Below, piece by piece: positions 22,722-34,927 of a stretch of 64,000 bases of DNA. How positions within the stretch are numbered: the stretch's first letter is position 1; each line of letters begins with the position of its first letter. Made by a program: the position numbers and the translations under genes. The stretch spans positions 186,001 through 250,000 of the forward strand of contig JBEUKZ010000135.1 in NCBI GenBank assembly GCA_048128005.1, read 5' to 3'. The notes under the pieces are model-generated. The model made no database searches. It was given only the letters and a program-made list of their open reading frames with translations, and was not told where the DNA came from. This stretch comes from Veleropilina oligotropha. Taxonomy: Eukaryota.

Positions 22722-25700
22722 ATACAAAAATTATGCAGTGGAACTGCAGAGGATTTAACAATAATTTTAATGACATCCAATTACTAACACAGGATTTCAA
22801 ACCATCAGCTCTCTGTTTACAGGAAACTTATTTTAAAAACACAGACAACATACATTTCAGAGGATATGAGCCTTATCACACATTCGGCCCCCAAGTTGAA
22901 AACGCAACAGGTGGATCATCTATATTCGTTCGGCAAGGAACAATGCATAGCCCTGACGACCTTACGACTAACTTGCAAGCAGTTGCTATCCATATTACCT
23001 TGCATGTTGCTTTCACCTTATGCTCATTATATATCCCTCCTTCTACTAAGCTTCAATCAGCTGATTTACAAGAATTATATGATCAACTTCCTAAGCCTTG
23101 TATAATCATGGGTGACTTTAATGGTCACAGTCCTCTTTGGGGAATTAACACCTCGAATGACAAAGGAAGAATCATAGAAAACTTTCTTTCAAATAATGAT
23201 CTGTGTTTTTTTAATAATGGTACAAATACTTATTTACACCCTGCCACAGGATCGTATTCAGCTCTCGATCTTGCATTAACAAGTGCAAATTTATTGGATG
23301 AATTTTCATGGTCAGTTCACGATGACCTGTGTGGCAGTGACCATTTTCCGATTATGCTAAAATCGGTGACACCCGATGACCAGGTACCATTAACAAGATG
23401 GAATTTCTCAAAAGCCGACTGGCCTATTTATCACACATTGTGTGAAACTACGATAAAACCTGAGCATTATGATATCAACGATCCCATTAAAGCATTTTCA
23501 GATGCTCTCATTGACATCGCAAATAAGACTATTCCAAAATCCTCTGCAGTTCCACATATACGTAAACCATGGTTTAATGACGACTGTAGGCAAGCTAGAA
23601 ATAACAGGAAGAAAGCCGGAAAACATTTCTACAAATATCCAACAAATGAAAATCTTGATGGTCTTAGACGTGCCTCGGCCATCGCCAAGCGCACGTTTAA
23701 GGCATCAAAGCGTCAATCATGGCACAACTTTGTGTCAAAAATTAACTCGAGAACACCCATTTCCAAAGTGTGGAATATGGTGAAGAGTATAAAAGGCAAA
23801 TGCTCAAGCAATTCTGTTCAACATCTTAAACATGGGGATATACTTGTCACTAACAAGCTTGACATAGCAAATACACTGGGCGAAACTCTGGAAACGAATT
23901 ATTCATCAAAGAATTACTTACCAGAGTTTCAGAAATATCAAAAAACTCAAGAGAAACAGAAAGTAAATTTTGTTTCGGATAATTCTGAAAATTACAACGA
24001 GGAATTTTCTTTGGCAGAACTACTCACTGCTCTTAGTAAAGCCCACGATACGGCTGCTGGACCTGATGAGATCCATTACCAGCTTCTCAAGCATTTGCCT
24101 AGTGCATGTTTAGATGTTTTATTGGATATTTTCAACCGTATATGGTCGACAGGTGAATTTCCACCTTCATGGCATAAGGCCATAGTTATTCCCTTATCAA
24201 AACCCGGGAAGGATGCTACAGATCCGTCAAATTATCGTCCGATATCATTAACGAGCTGCATATGTAAAACCATGGAGCGCATGATTAACGATCGACTTGT
24301 TTGATTTTTAGAAACAAACAATCTCATTAGTGATATCCAGTGTGGATTCCGCAAAAATCACAGCACAGTTGACCATCTTGTGCAGCTGGAATCCTATATT
24401 AAAGATGCATTTGTTAATGGCGACCATGTTGTATCGATCTTTTTCGACTTGGAAAAAGCTTACGATACAACATGGAAGCATGGAATTTTAAAAGATCTAC
24501 ATTCATTGGGATTAAGAGGTCGTTTACCCCTCTTCATTTCACAATTTTTAAAACATAGACAATTCCAGGTACGTGTGGGTTCCACCGTATCTGATTACTA
24601 TGATCAAGAACAAGGGGTTCCACAGGGTAGTATTTTATCTGTTACACTTTTTAGTATCAAAATTAACAGCCTGTCAAAAGTTTTAAATGATTCCATTGAT
24701 GGATCATTATTTGTAGATGATTTTGGCATATCCTGTCGCGGCAGACATATGCACACCATTGAACGACAATTACAACTATGTCTTAACAGGATAACGAAAT
24801 GGTCACATGAAAATGGTTTTAAATTTTCAAAGAGCAAAACAAACTGTGTACACTTTTGCAAGAACTACCGATGCCATGCGGTCCCAAATCTTACTTTACA
24901 TGAAACCCCCATTAAGGTGGTAGATGAAGTAAAATTTCTAGGCCTTATTCTCGACCACCGACTTACGTTTAAACCACATATAACGTATCTTAGAAATAGG
25001 TGCCTGAAAGCCATGGACATTCTGAAAGTGGTTTCAAACACTAGGTGGGGAGGCGACCAGAAAACCCTCCTCAACTTATACAGATCACTAATTAGATCAA
25101 AACTAGAATACGGATCAATTGTTTACAATGGGGCTAGTAAATCGATATTAAAAATGTTGGATCCTATTCATCACCAAGGCTTAAGGCTCTCTATGGGAGC
25201 ATTTAGAACGTCCCCAAAAGAGAGTCTTTATGTAGAATCCGATGAATCACCTCTTTGCCAAAGACGGACTAAATTATCACTTCAATATATTACGAAACTA
25301 TATTCAAATCCTCCAAATCCAGCATATAGTTGTGTGTTCCAACCACAATACGAGCCCAAATATCTGGAGAAACCAAAGTTAGTCCCACCTCTCGGCATTC
25401 GCATAAAACCACATATAAATGCCGCTAATATCGATCTTGATCTTATTGCACCAATTCGTCTATTTGCTGTCCCTCCGTGGAAATTAAAATCCCCAAGGAT
25501 CGATTTATCTTTAACAAAATTTGCTAAATCTGACACAAACGAAGCTGTTTACAAACAGGAATATGGTATTATCCGCTGCAAATATGACACCCATCGATCA
25601 ATTTTCACTGAAGGGTCCAAGGATGGGGACAAGGTTTCTTGTGCCACCATAATTGATCCAGAAGTATTACTCATAAACTTCCTGCTCCATGTTCTATTTT

Positions 25701-26388
25701 CACTGCCGAAGCCAAAGCGATTCTAACTGCTGTGCAATATATCCAACGTTCCCAAGCAAATAATTATATTATATTTACTGATTCTTTATCTGTCTTACAG
25801 GCCCTTCAACAACATTCCCCTACTCATGAACTGATTTTGAAAATTATTGAACTCAACCACAGTATCACTGATCGTGATATTGTGTTTTGTTGGGTGCCGA
25901 GTCATGTGGGTATAGCTGGAAATAATTTAGCCGATGCAGCTGCTAAAGAAGCATTAAACAAAGAAAATATATATCCTTTACAAACTGTATATACTGATTT
26001 TAAACCGGCCATTTTACATTACATCCGAAAACTATTTCAAAATTTATGGGTTACTCAAATTTATAATAAATTATTTCAATTTAAACCTAATATTGGCTAC
26101 ACACATTTAGACGTATCATCCCGATTCGAACAAGCAATCCTAAGGCGAATTCGAATCGGGCACACTCGGCTAACCCACGAATACTTACTGAAAGGGGAAG
26201 ATCCACCAGTATGCATCTCTTGTGATGAGCAGCTCACAAGCAAGCACCTCTTGCTTGATTGTGGTGAGTTCGCTCACATAAGAGATTCTTATTTTACAGC
26301 ATCAAATCTTAAAGACCTTTTTAATAATACTGGGGGACCATGCATTTTATCATTTATTAGAGACAATGGTTTAATTAATAAATTATGA
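22718..26388 (+). pseudogene. ORF2 (APE endonuclease, RT, RNase H, C-terminal Cys/His) of the I/Nimb LINE, disrupted
   Basis: QWNCRG, GDFNGH, SDHFPI; FFDLEKAYD, QGSILS, FVDD; WVPSHVGIAGN. TGA at 24302 in place of Trp, frameshift near 25660, and the RNase H first motif reads FTEGS. Confidence 0.92.
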
Positions 26389-27526
26389 GTACATTTACCA
26401 TTATATAAACCTTTTCAAAAACCATTGACCAATATACATTCATTGATTTGTTTTATTCGTATCATAACTGATTTTATTCATAGTTGCATATTTTACTGAT
26501 GCTGACATTATTTGGCTTTGACATTGTTTAGTATTTTTTATTGCTTTGCATCATTTTGTTTTACTGCTGTACATCATCTATTGTATTTCATTATTTAACA
26601 ATGACATTGTTCTTATTACTTAATGTTTTATTGCTGTACATATTATTGTTTTAGTACTTTACATCATTTTGTTTTTATGGCTTTATATCATTATATTGTT
26701 TGTCTTTTATTTAACATTATTCTCGTCGCGTTATGGCACCGCTGTGCTCACAGCTACGATAAACTATACTCACTCACTCATTAATATGGATCAAGAAACC
26801 CTTTACTGGTACTGTAATCCGTGAACATTACTCTATACGCGGGCTCATTGAAAGCGAGGACGTTTTGACTCACAAAAGCGAGGACGTTTTGGCAAAGGGA
26901 CGATTTGACTGGATACCAAAAAAGCTCGCCGGCCGTGTTTTCTCCCGCTCCCGGCTATTAATCTAAATTTTCTTTATTTCAACCTTGCAACTCGAGTTTT
27001 CGGTTGTAAGGTTGCTATAAAGCACTATACTTAACAACCGCTAGGTTGATTTTGTAATATATATTGTTAATTTTGTGTATTTGAAGGTTGAAATTTGTCA
27101 AAAGGGTTGTCAACAAACCACTAGCGAGAGTTATCTCCCGTTAGTATTGTTACGAAACAACACTTGTGCGTCGCGAATTTCACCAGCGACACCCTTCAAA
27201 TACACTTGTATCTTAATTTTATTATTTATTAGCGGACCGCTAGTTTTATTTTTATTTATTTCGGGTTTTATTCATCAAAAAAGTTGTTTTTGGCGAGTTT
27301 AAACTTAACATCCGGGTTCTACACCCAGCTAGAGTTTTATATTAGGCTTTGCATAGCGCTGAAATCGACATCTAAAGGCTGCCGCCTTTGTTCTCTCGTC
27401 GGTGGCCACCGTTTCGTACCAAACAATAGCCGCCTACCAGCAACTTATTTATAGTATTTTGTTGCTTGGCTTTCGAACCTGTTTGTTTAATATAATTATT
27501 ATAAAAGGGGCAGTGGCCTGAATATT

Positions 27527-28237
27527 ATGGCGTCTTCTGTAGCCAGACCACTGTCCCTTCGATTAGACACAAGGCACGATAAGACGGCGGCAGTGGACGT
27601 GTATCGTGCCTTGAGGGGGGTTATTGTAACAGGCCCCGGCCTTATTAAGGGCCTGATCCATATAAGAAAATCTATATGGAACGTCTCTGTGGCCACGCCG
27701 GCCATCAGAGACAAGTTAATAGATAGCGGTCTTGCTATCAGCGGGGTTAGCTGCCCGCTACATCCCGTTGATGTAAACCGCGTGCTAATAAACGTCAGAG
27801 TTCCTTTAGAAATCTCTGACGTCGATATTAAGGATGCATTTTCGGTCTTTGGGCGGGTAGAGTCTATGGTACGTGAGTACCACGATTTTGACACCACGGT
27901 CGCCACCGGTGTGAGTAAGGTGTGGATGACGCGAGTCACCCGCACTATTATGAACACCCTATACATCGGTGGTATGTATCTACCCGTCTGGTACAACGAA
28001 CCATCAGATGACCAAATTGATACCGATACTATTATAGAGGACCTTGCTTCGGAAATTGTTGCTGCTGCCACGAAGGGTGGGAGGGCGGAAGCAGCCAAAT
28101 TACACCGGCAGACGGAGAGCCCCGAACCACCTGGGCCGCTTCCTCCTTCCAACGATCCAATGGAAAGCGATGAACCATTGGATCGCCAGCACAAACCGAA
28201 ACCTGCTATAAAGCCCGTAGTTCCACCGAACAAATAG
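27527..28237 (+). CDS. 236-aa chimeric ORF: Tx1/L1-type (RRM-like) ORF1 N-terminus fused to an I/Nimb ORF1-like tail (copy B)
   Basis: VPLEISDVDIKDAFSVFGRV...VATGVSKVWM...LYIGG..LPVWY resembles Tx1/ZCCHC3-type RRM regions but no zinc knuckle follows. It ends DPMESD...PVVPPNK* 56 nt before the I/Nimb ORF2 ATG. Family assignment is inference. Confidence 0.6.
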   Translation: MASSVARPLSLRLDTRHDKTAAVDVYRALRGVIVTGPGLIKGLIHIRKSIWNVSVATPAIRDKLIDSGLAISGVSCPLHPVDVNRVLINVRVPLEISDVDIKDAFSVFGRVESMVREYHDFDTTVATGVSKVWMTRVTRTIMNTLYIGGMYLPVWYNEPSDDQIDTDTIIEDLASEIVAAATKGGRAEAAKLHRQTESPEPPGPLPPSNDPMESDEPLDRQHKPKPAIKPVVPPNK

Positions 28238-28293
28238 ACAAATTTAAACATAACATTACACACAAATATACTAATACACACCATTAAACCAGC

Positions 28294-31200
28294 ATGTCAG
28301 GCACAATAATACAATGGAATTGTAGAGGCATTAAACCCAATATTGATGAGATCAGTCTATTAATAAAAGAACACAAACCAATAGCATTTTGTCTCAATGA
28401 AACTTACATGAAACATACGCATTAAAGATCACTCACTATATAATCACATTGTCACAACAGGTGACAAGGCTACAGGGGGGGGGGGGGGTTCAATCATCAT
28501 CAACAACAAAACACCACACAGACAGGTCAACTTAAACACCAACTTACAGGCAGTAGCGGTGAAAATATCGATTCACCGAGTAATAACTATCTGCTCGGTA
28601 TACTTACCACCTGGTCCAAACTTACGACCTACTGACCTTGACAATCTCATCGAGCAGTTACCGACCCAATTTGTACTGTGTGTCGTTTTTAATGCCCACA
28701 GTGCGGATTGGGGCGGTACTGACACAGACAAACGGTGACATTAAATAGAGGACTTTATTGGGAAACACAATCTGTGTTTATTTAATAATACAAAATCGCC
28801 AACATACATGCATCCAGCTACAGGCTCACTTACCACCATTGACCTTACCATGTGCGACCCATCTGCTTTCCCGGACTTTACTTGGAAAGTTGGTGAGGAC
28901 CTCCGTGGAAGCGACCACTTTCCAATTTTCCTGGAAAGCACAATTAACCAAGCACAAGAACACACAGAAAGGTGGAAACTTCACAAAGCAGATTGGGGGA
29001 AATTCCAATCTCTTTGTGAAGACCAATTACACGAAGGTCACCTTACTAATGGCGAAGACCCAATATCAAGTTTCGCTACAACACTACACGACATTGCAAC
29101 ACTATCAATTCCAAAAACCTGTCCAAATGCCAAACACAAAAGCAAACCTTGGTTTAATGAAGACTGCAGACAAGCAATCAAAGCACGCATACATGCAATT
29201 TCAACATTTAAACAGTACCCAACACTACAAAATCTTAATAGCTTTAGGCTATTAAGAGCACAAGCCAGACGTACCATCAAGCATAGCAAAAGGGAATCCT
29301 GGCATTCCTACGTTACCAAACTAAACTCTCGTTCTACTATTAAAAAAACATGGGATATGATCCGTAAAATCAGCGGCAAGCATACACCCAACTGCATCAA
29401 GCATTTTAAAACAACCAATTCAGAAGCCAACACGGCTAAAGACATCGCAAACACCTTGGCAGACACATTTTCTGCCAATTCATCATCCGACAACTGCACT
29501 CCAAAATTCAGCCATTTTAAACATCAAAAAGAAAAAACAAGGCTCAATTTGAAAGATACATCACATCCCAACAGTTATCGACCCATAGCCCTGACGAGTT
29601 GTATTTGTAAAACCATGGAAATGATGATAAACGAGAGATTAGTTTGGTACTTAGAATCAAATAATTTACTTACAGAATATCAATGTGGGTTCCGGCGCAA
29701 CCGGAGCACCACAGATCACTTGGTACGTCTGGAAACTTTTGTTCGTGAGGCCTTCCTAAACAGACATTTAGTTGCTGTATTTTTCGATCTAGAGAGGGCT
29801 TACGACACTACTTGGAAGTACGGGATTATGAAGGATTTGTTTGATGTTGGTTTAAAGGGCCACTTGCCCAATTTTATTTCGAAATTCCTTGAGGATAGAA
29901 ATGTTCAAGTGAAGGTGGGTGACACCCTCTCCGATATCCACGACCAGGAGATGGGTGTCCCTCAAGGAAGCATTTTATCAGTCACCCTATTCAGTATTAA
30001 GATCAACAGTATCGTCAAATGTATTAGTACTGGCACTGACTGTTCATTATTTGTTGACGATTTTGGCATTTGCTATCGTTCAACAAATATGAACAGTATA
30101 GAACGCCAGCTACAACACGGCCTAAATAAATTACAGATATGGTCCGAAGAGAATGGATTTAAATTCTCAAAGGACAAAACTAAATGCATGCATTTCTGCC
30201 AGCATCGTGAAATTCATGACGACCCTGTGCTAAAACTGGATGACTTTGAGATTCCAGTCGTGGCCCAATTTAAATTTTTAGGCCTTATATTTGACCGCAA
30301 ACTGACTTTCATACCTCATATAAAATATATCAAAGCTAAATGCAAGAACGCTTTGAATCTAATGAAAGTAGTTTCTAATACTGAATGGGGTGCTGATAAA
30401 ACAGTTTTATTACGACTATACAGATCATTAATTAGATCAAAACTTGATTATGGGAGCATAGTATATGGCTCTGCTCGCCATTCATATCTTAAAATGCTTG
30501 ATCCAATCCATAATCAAGGGCTTCGACTAGCACTTGGGGCTTTCCGCACATTACCCATGGAAAGCCTCTATGTCGAAGCCAATGAACCATCGCTTACACA
30601 CAGACGTGAAAAATTATCACTGCAACATGCAATCAAATTAAAATCACACCCCTCTAACCCAGCTTTCGAAACTGTATTTACACCTAATTACGAAAATTTA
30701 TTTCTGCCAAAACCAAACAAAATTGCACCATTCGGCATCCGCATTAAACCAGCGCTTGAAAACGCAGGCATACATTTAGGTCAAATTAAAACAAATCACA
30801 TTTCGGATACGCCACCATGGACACTAAAAGCACCGGTGATTGCCTGCAGCTTGCATCACTCAAAAAATCAAACACAGACACATCAGATTATCTCACAAAA
30901 GTGCACGATTTGAAACTGAAATACTCAGATCGTACAAAGCATATACACAGATGGTTCAAAAGATGCAGAATTAGTAGGAGCAGCCGCTGTCACTGGCAGA
31001 CAATGTTTTCAAAACCGTCTGCCAGGCAGCGCGACTATATATACTGCAGAACTAAAAGCAATAGAGCTTGCTCTTAATTTTATCTCTACAAGTACTAAAC
31101 GGCGTTTTATTATCTTTTCAGACTCCCTCTCTAGCTTACAAGCACAGAGGGAGATGAATAGAAATGTTATTGTTCAGGAAATTTTATTGAACTATAACAA

Positions 31201-31524
31201 CCTTTTACCTGATAATGACATTATTTATTGCTGGATACCGAGCCATATCGGTATCCAAGGCAATGAGAAGGCTGACCAAGCTGCCAAGGCAGCCTCATAT
31301 TTTAACAATATCTAAATTGTAGATTACCACACTCAGATTTTAAACAAAGCATAAACAAATATATAAATTCTACTTGGCAGCACTCTTGGAGTGAATGCAC
31401 AAGGAATAAATTGCAGAATGTTCAACCTCTTCTTGGTGATTGGGGCCCCTCTTGCAGAACAACTCGGCGAGAGGAGGTCGTCTTGGCCAGAATGAGGATT
31501 GGACATTCTCACTACACTCACTGC
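28294..31524 (+). pseudogene. Decayed I/Nimb family-1 ORF2 of the tandem unit, copy B
   Basis: Homologous to 6720-9942, with the same internal deletion and 3' truncation. Confidence 0.9.
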
Positions 31525-33802
31525 GCCCTTATGCAATAGGCTACCATTAGGTATCCCAACTAAAAATTACAAACTAGAATTAATCTTGTTTTACATATCT
31601 CAAGTGAATGAAGTGTAAAAATGAAGTAAATAGCTTTTTATTTCAAGCAAATCGGACAATCGGTTTTCATTTTATGGCATTTTTTAAACCATCGGTTTCC
31701 GGTTTCGAAAAATTTCTGAACAAGTCTCTAGCTTTGAAGAGAGATTTTCAAGATGAGCTAAAAAGATTATTAGAAGAGACCATGGTCTGAAAGTGTGCAT
31801 ACCTGCTGTACAAGTTATATTACCAAGTAATAAAGGAATAATTGGCTATATATTGGGCACAAAAAAGTTATAGAACTATGAATGAAGCATGATGGAATCA
31901 TTTGACAAGAAAATATGTCATCGCGAATTCTTGCCAAAATGGTCAAGGAGACATTTTCCAAGACACATAACTTAAAAGTTATTGACTCCACAATGCTGAA
32001 ATTGCTTGTACTATGGTTAACAGTACTTCGTTATTATATCCATTATCAAAATATCAAAATATCCATTGGCCCGAAAGACAAAATCTGGACATTTTAGTCA
32101 AAATTGCAAACATTTTGAACATTCATAAATAAAGAACCAGTAGAGATAAAGCCTTCAAATTTGGAATACTCTTTAATAAAGATAGAATCAATATCAAGAT
32201 ATATTTGTGATATCATATCTATAATATTATGTGCAAATATATAACATTAAATATGATGCAAAATGACAAATGTCTTTCATCGTTATGTTCATTACACAAT
32301 TTAGTTTACATATAGTAGCAATAAATGAGACAAAAACAATTTATTTAGGTAAAGCATACATCCAGAACAGAAATATATAATAGAAAGAAATGATTGCTAT
32401 TTATACATTTTACATAATAATAATCATAATCCACCATCTGATGAATTCAATATCCATTCATGTTCATGTGAAGCCAACAGCGACAGCAATTAACAGATAC
32501 AATGTATCATTCCCATTTGAGAAGTTATCACAAATGATTTGTACAAATTAATAAATATTAAAATATGAATCATGTCACAGGATGTGACCAAAGTTAATAT
32601 AATTTATAAACCAATTTACAGGTCTACACAATCCAATTCTGAAAAGTACATGTTTTTGTAATCCTCAAATATGCTGTTAATATAGTCAACCTCGGACACA
32701 TTCCATGTCCTTCCATTACTTGTATTAACATCAAAGTTATGAACTACAACAAATTTACTTTCAACTGTTGAAACATCATCAACACGTGGCCACTTAAATG
32801 TGTTTTTGGCACTCTTTGACATAAACTGAAGAACAGCATTAATTTATCACAATCTATGACATCAATAACAGTTCCTATGAAAAATTCAGAAAGGTTCATT
32901 AATTCTAATCCTTTTATTGGCAGCATCAAGATCGTCACTGGCTATACGCTTGCCATTTTCGGCCCTCTGGTCGTGAATCCTATCAATTATTTTTACGGCA
33001 GTGGACAGAGTTAAGATGTCCTTTAATGCTTTACAGAACTCACTAGCACATTTGTTACCAAATATCAACTGTTTGTCTTTAACACCCAAGATGGTCTTTA
33101 AATATCTCATTTCGTTTTTCAAAGCCTATCTCATATTTGCGTCAGACTCGCAAAGTTTCATCACCAAATCCACATCAATGCCAGTTATGCATGGCCCTCT
33201 TTGCCGTTGAACAGTGTCAATTAAATGGACCTTATGTTCAGTCTTTTTGGATTCCTTTTCTTTCATTTGCGATTGCACTCGTCAAGTTTTTCTTTCATCA
33301 AGTTCACTACCTTTTTCTCATATTCAACATATTTTTGTCTCGCCCCGAAGGGAAAGCGAGACTTAGGGATTACATTTTCCGGCGTCGGCGTCGTGTCATT
33401 TTCGGTTAAAGTTTTTTCGGTTAAAGTTTTTCATTGAATGGAATTTTCTGATACATGGATATATATATTTAAAGGGCGAGACATATCGGACCGTGGTTCT
33501 TGTTGTCTGTATTCAACACTCTTTTTCCTACACAGTGATAAGACGAAAGACGAAAGAAGTAACTTGAATCGCTCTGCAAAAAACTCGAGAAAACGGCTAA
33601 GTATTAATGTGAATAGGGGTATCACTTTGTGTAACTAGTCTACACCGTTTGACTATATATTGATTGTTTGATTGGTACAGTTTTGGGTCCGTTGTTGTTA
33701 ATACATCTGTATAATTGATATTTTTTCTGTTGATAGGTAGGAAACTTGGAGAGCCGCCATCTTGAAATTTTGTAAACAACTCTACTTATAACTTTATATC
33801 AA

Positions 33803-34927
33803 TTGTTTAGAATGGATAGCCAAATAGTTGCATGCAAGCTGAGTGATTTGGTGGGCAAATGGATATTTTGCGATAAGTGTCAGATGTGGATCGCGTATGA
33901 TAGCGCCTGTACGAGTGAATTGTTCGAGTCTGGGTTATGTATGGACGTGTTTGATTTTGTGTGTGAGAAGTGTCAAATGCTAATGGTGGTCATTAAGATT
34001 TTGGAGGATTTTGTGCCGAGGGACAGTTGCGACGTGGCAATACAATCAGAGGCGATCACCGTGACGCACGAGGGGGCGCAAACCGAGGCCATCACCGGGA
34101 ATGACGAGGAAGCGCAAACAGATACCACCACCGTGACGGACGAGGAATGCCAGACGAACCCGGAGCCCTTGTGGAGAGTGGTGAAAAATGGGAGGACTCC
34201 GAGAAAGCTGCCGAAAATACCGGTAACGACGATAAAGACAGGTAACAGGTTTGAGTGTCTGGAGTCTGTTGGATGTGGGTTAATTGAAGGTGTACATGAG
34301 TTGCCCGAAAGTGACAAAAATGAAAACAGTGCTAAATGTGAAAGTGAAACGAATGTTACGAATGAGGCTGACATGAATGGAGTAGGGGATGGGTGGGAAA
34401 TTTTAGATGAGTACCTGGCTTCGGATAATACAGTACTGATAGGGTCTTCTATAGTTAGGCATACCGATAAGACTTTTTGTGATGTTGACAGGAAAAGACG
34501 GACAAGGGTTTGTTTACCGGGAGCCAGAATCGAGGACGTGACTTTGAGGGCGGAAAACTTGACAGCAGGAGAGGGGACAGTAGTAGTCATCATTGGCACC
34601 AACAATGCAGAAACCGACAGCCTGGAGGAAATGAAGGGGAAGTACAGGGAATTATTTCCAAAGTTGAGTGACCGAGGTAAGAGGGAGGTTATTGTAGGTG
34701 GGCTGTTGCCACGGAAGGGATCCAGCAGAGTGTTGGAAAAGATGCGACAGGTAAACAACTGGTTACGTGAGTATTGTCTTTTAGAGGGGTTTGGATATTT
34801 TGATGTGTGGGATAAATTTGAGGGTAGGCGAGAGTGGTTTTTCCGGGATGGTCTGCACCCTTCACTGGAGGGTGCAGATGTGTTGGCTAGGGCCATTAAT
34901 CGAGCAATTACGGAGCATTTAAACTAA
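33803..34927 (+). CDS. CR1 ORF1: N-terminal PHD-like Cys cluster plus SGNH esterase-like domain
   Basis: WIFCDKCQMW...FVCEKC; LIGSSIVR, CLPGARIED, IGTNN, DGLHPS. The first ATG is at 33812. Confidence 0.88.
   Translation: MFRMDSQIVACKLSDLVGKWIFCDKCQMWIAYDSACTSELFESGLCMDVFDFVCEKCQMLMVVIKILEDFVPRDSCDVAIQSEAITVTHEGAQTEAITGNDEEAQTDTTTVTDEECQTNPEPLWRVVKNGRTPRKLPKIPVTTIKTGNRFECLESVGCGLIEGVHELPESDKNENSAKCESETNVTNEADMNGVGDGWEILDEYLASDNTVLIGSSIVRHTDKTFCDVDRKRRTRVCLPGARIEDVTLRAENLTAGEGTVVVIIGTNNAETDSLEEMKGKYRELFPKLSDRGKREVIVGGLLPRKGSSRVLEKMRQVNNWLREYCLLEGFGYFDVWDKFEGRREWFFRDGLHPSLEGADVLARAINRAITEHLN

Larger units (their letters stand above)
20829..26780 (+). mobile_element. Full-length I/Nimb-clade non-LTR retrotransposon (family 2, (ACTC)n tail)
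   Basis: 14-bp TSD TTAATATGGATCAA (20815-20828, 26781-26794; the next G is ambiguous). Empty site in copies A, C and D. ~590-bp 5' UTR, gag-like ORF1, EN-RT-RNase H ORF2, T-rich 3' UTR and ACTCACTCACTCA tail. Confidence 0.95.

Noticed and set aside
27500..27510. TATAAAAGGGG as a TATA box for the 236-aa ORF
   Set aside because: It is only 27 nt from the ATG, leaving essentially no 5' UTR, and lies in AT-rich sequence; unsupported without TSS data.
27499..28284. 261-aa antisense ORF (also 40500-41285, 5989-6618, 63507-63974)
   Set aside because: Shadow of the sense ORF with no recognisable motifs; its recurrence is explained by array duplication.
33973..34896. 307-aa antisense ORF over CR1 ORF1 (also 56975-57898)
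   Set aside because: Ser/Thr-rich mirror of the sense codons, with no independent support.
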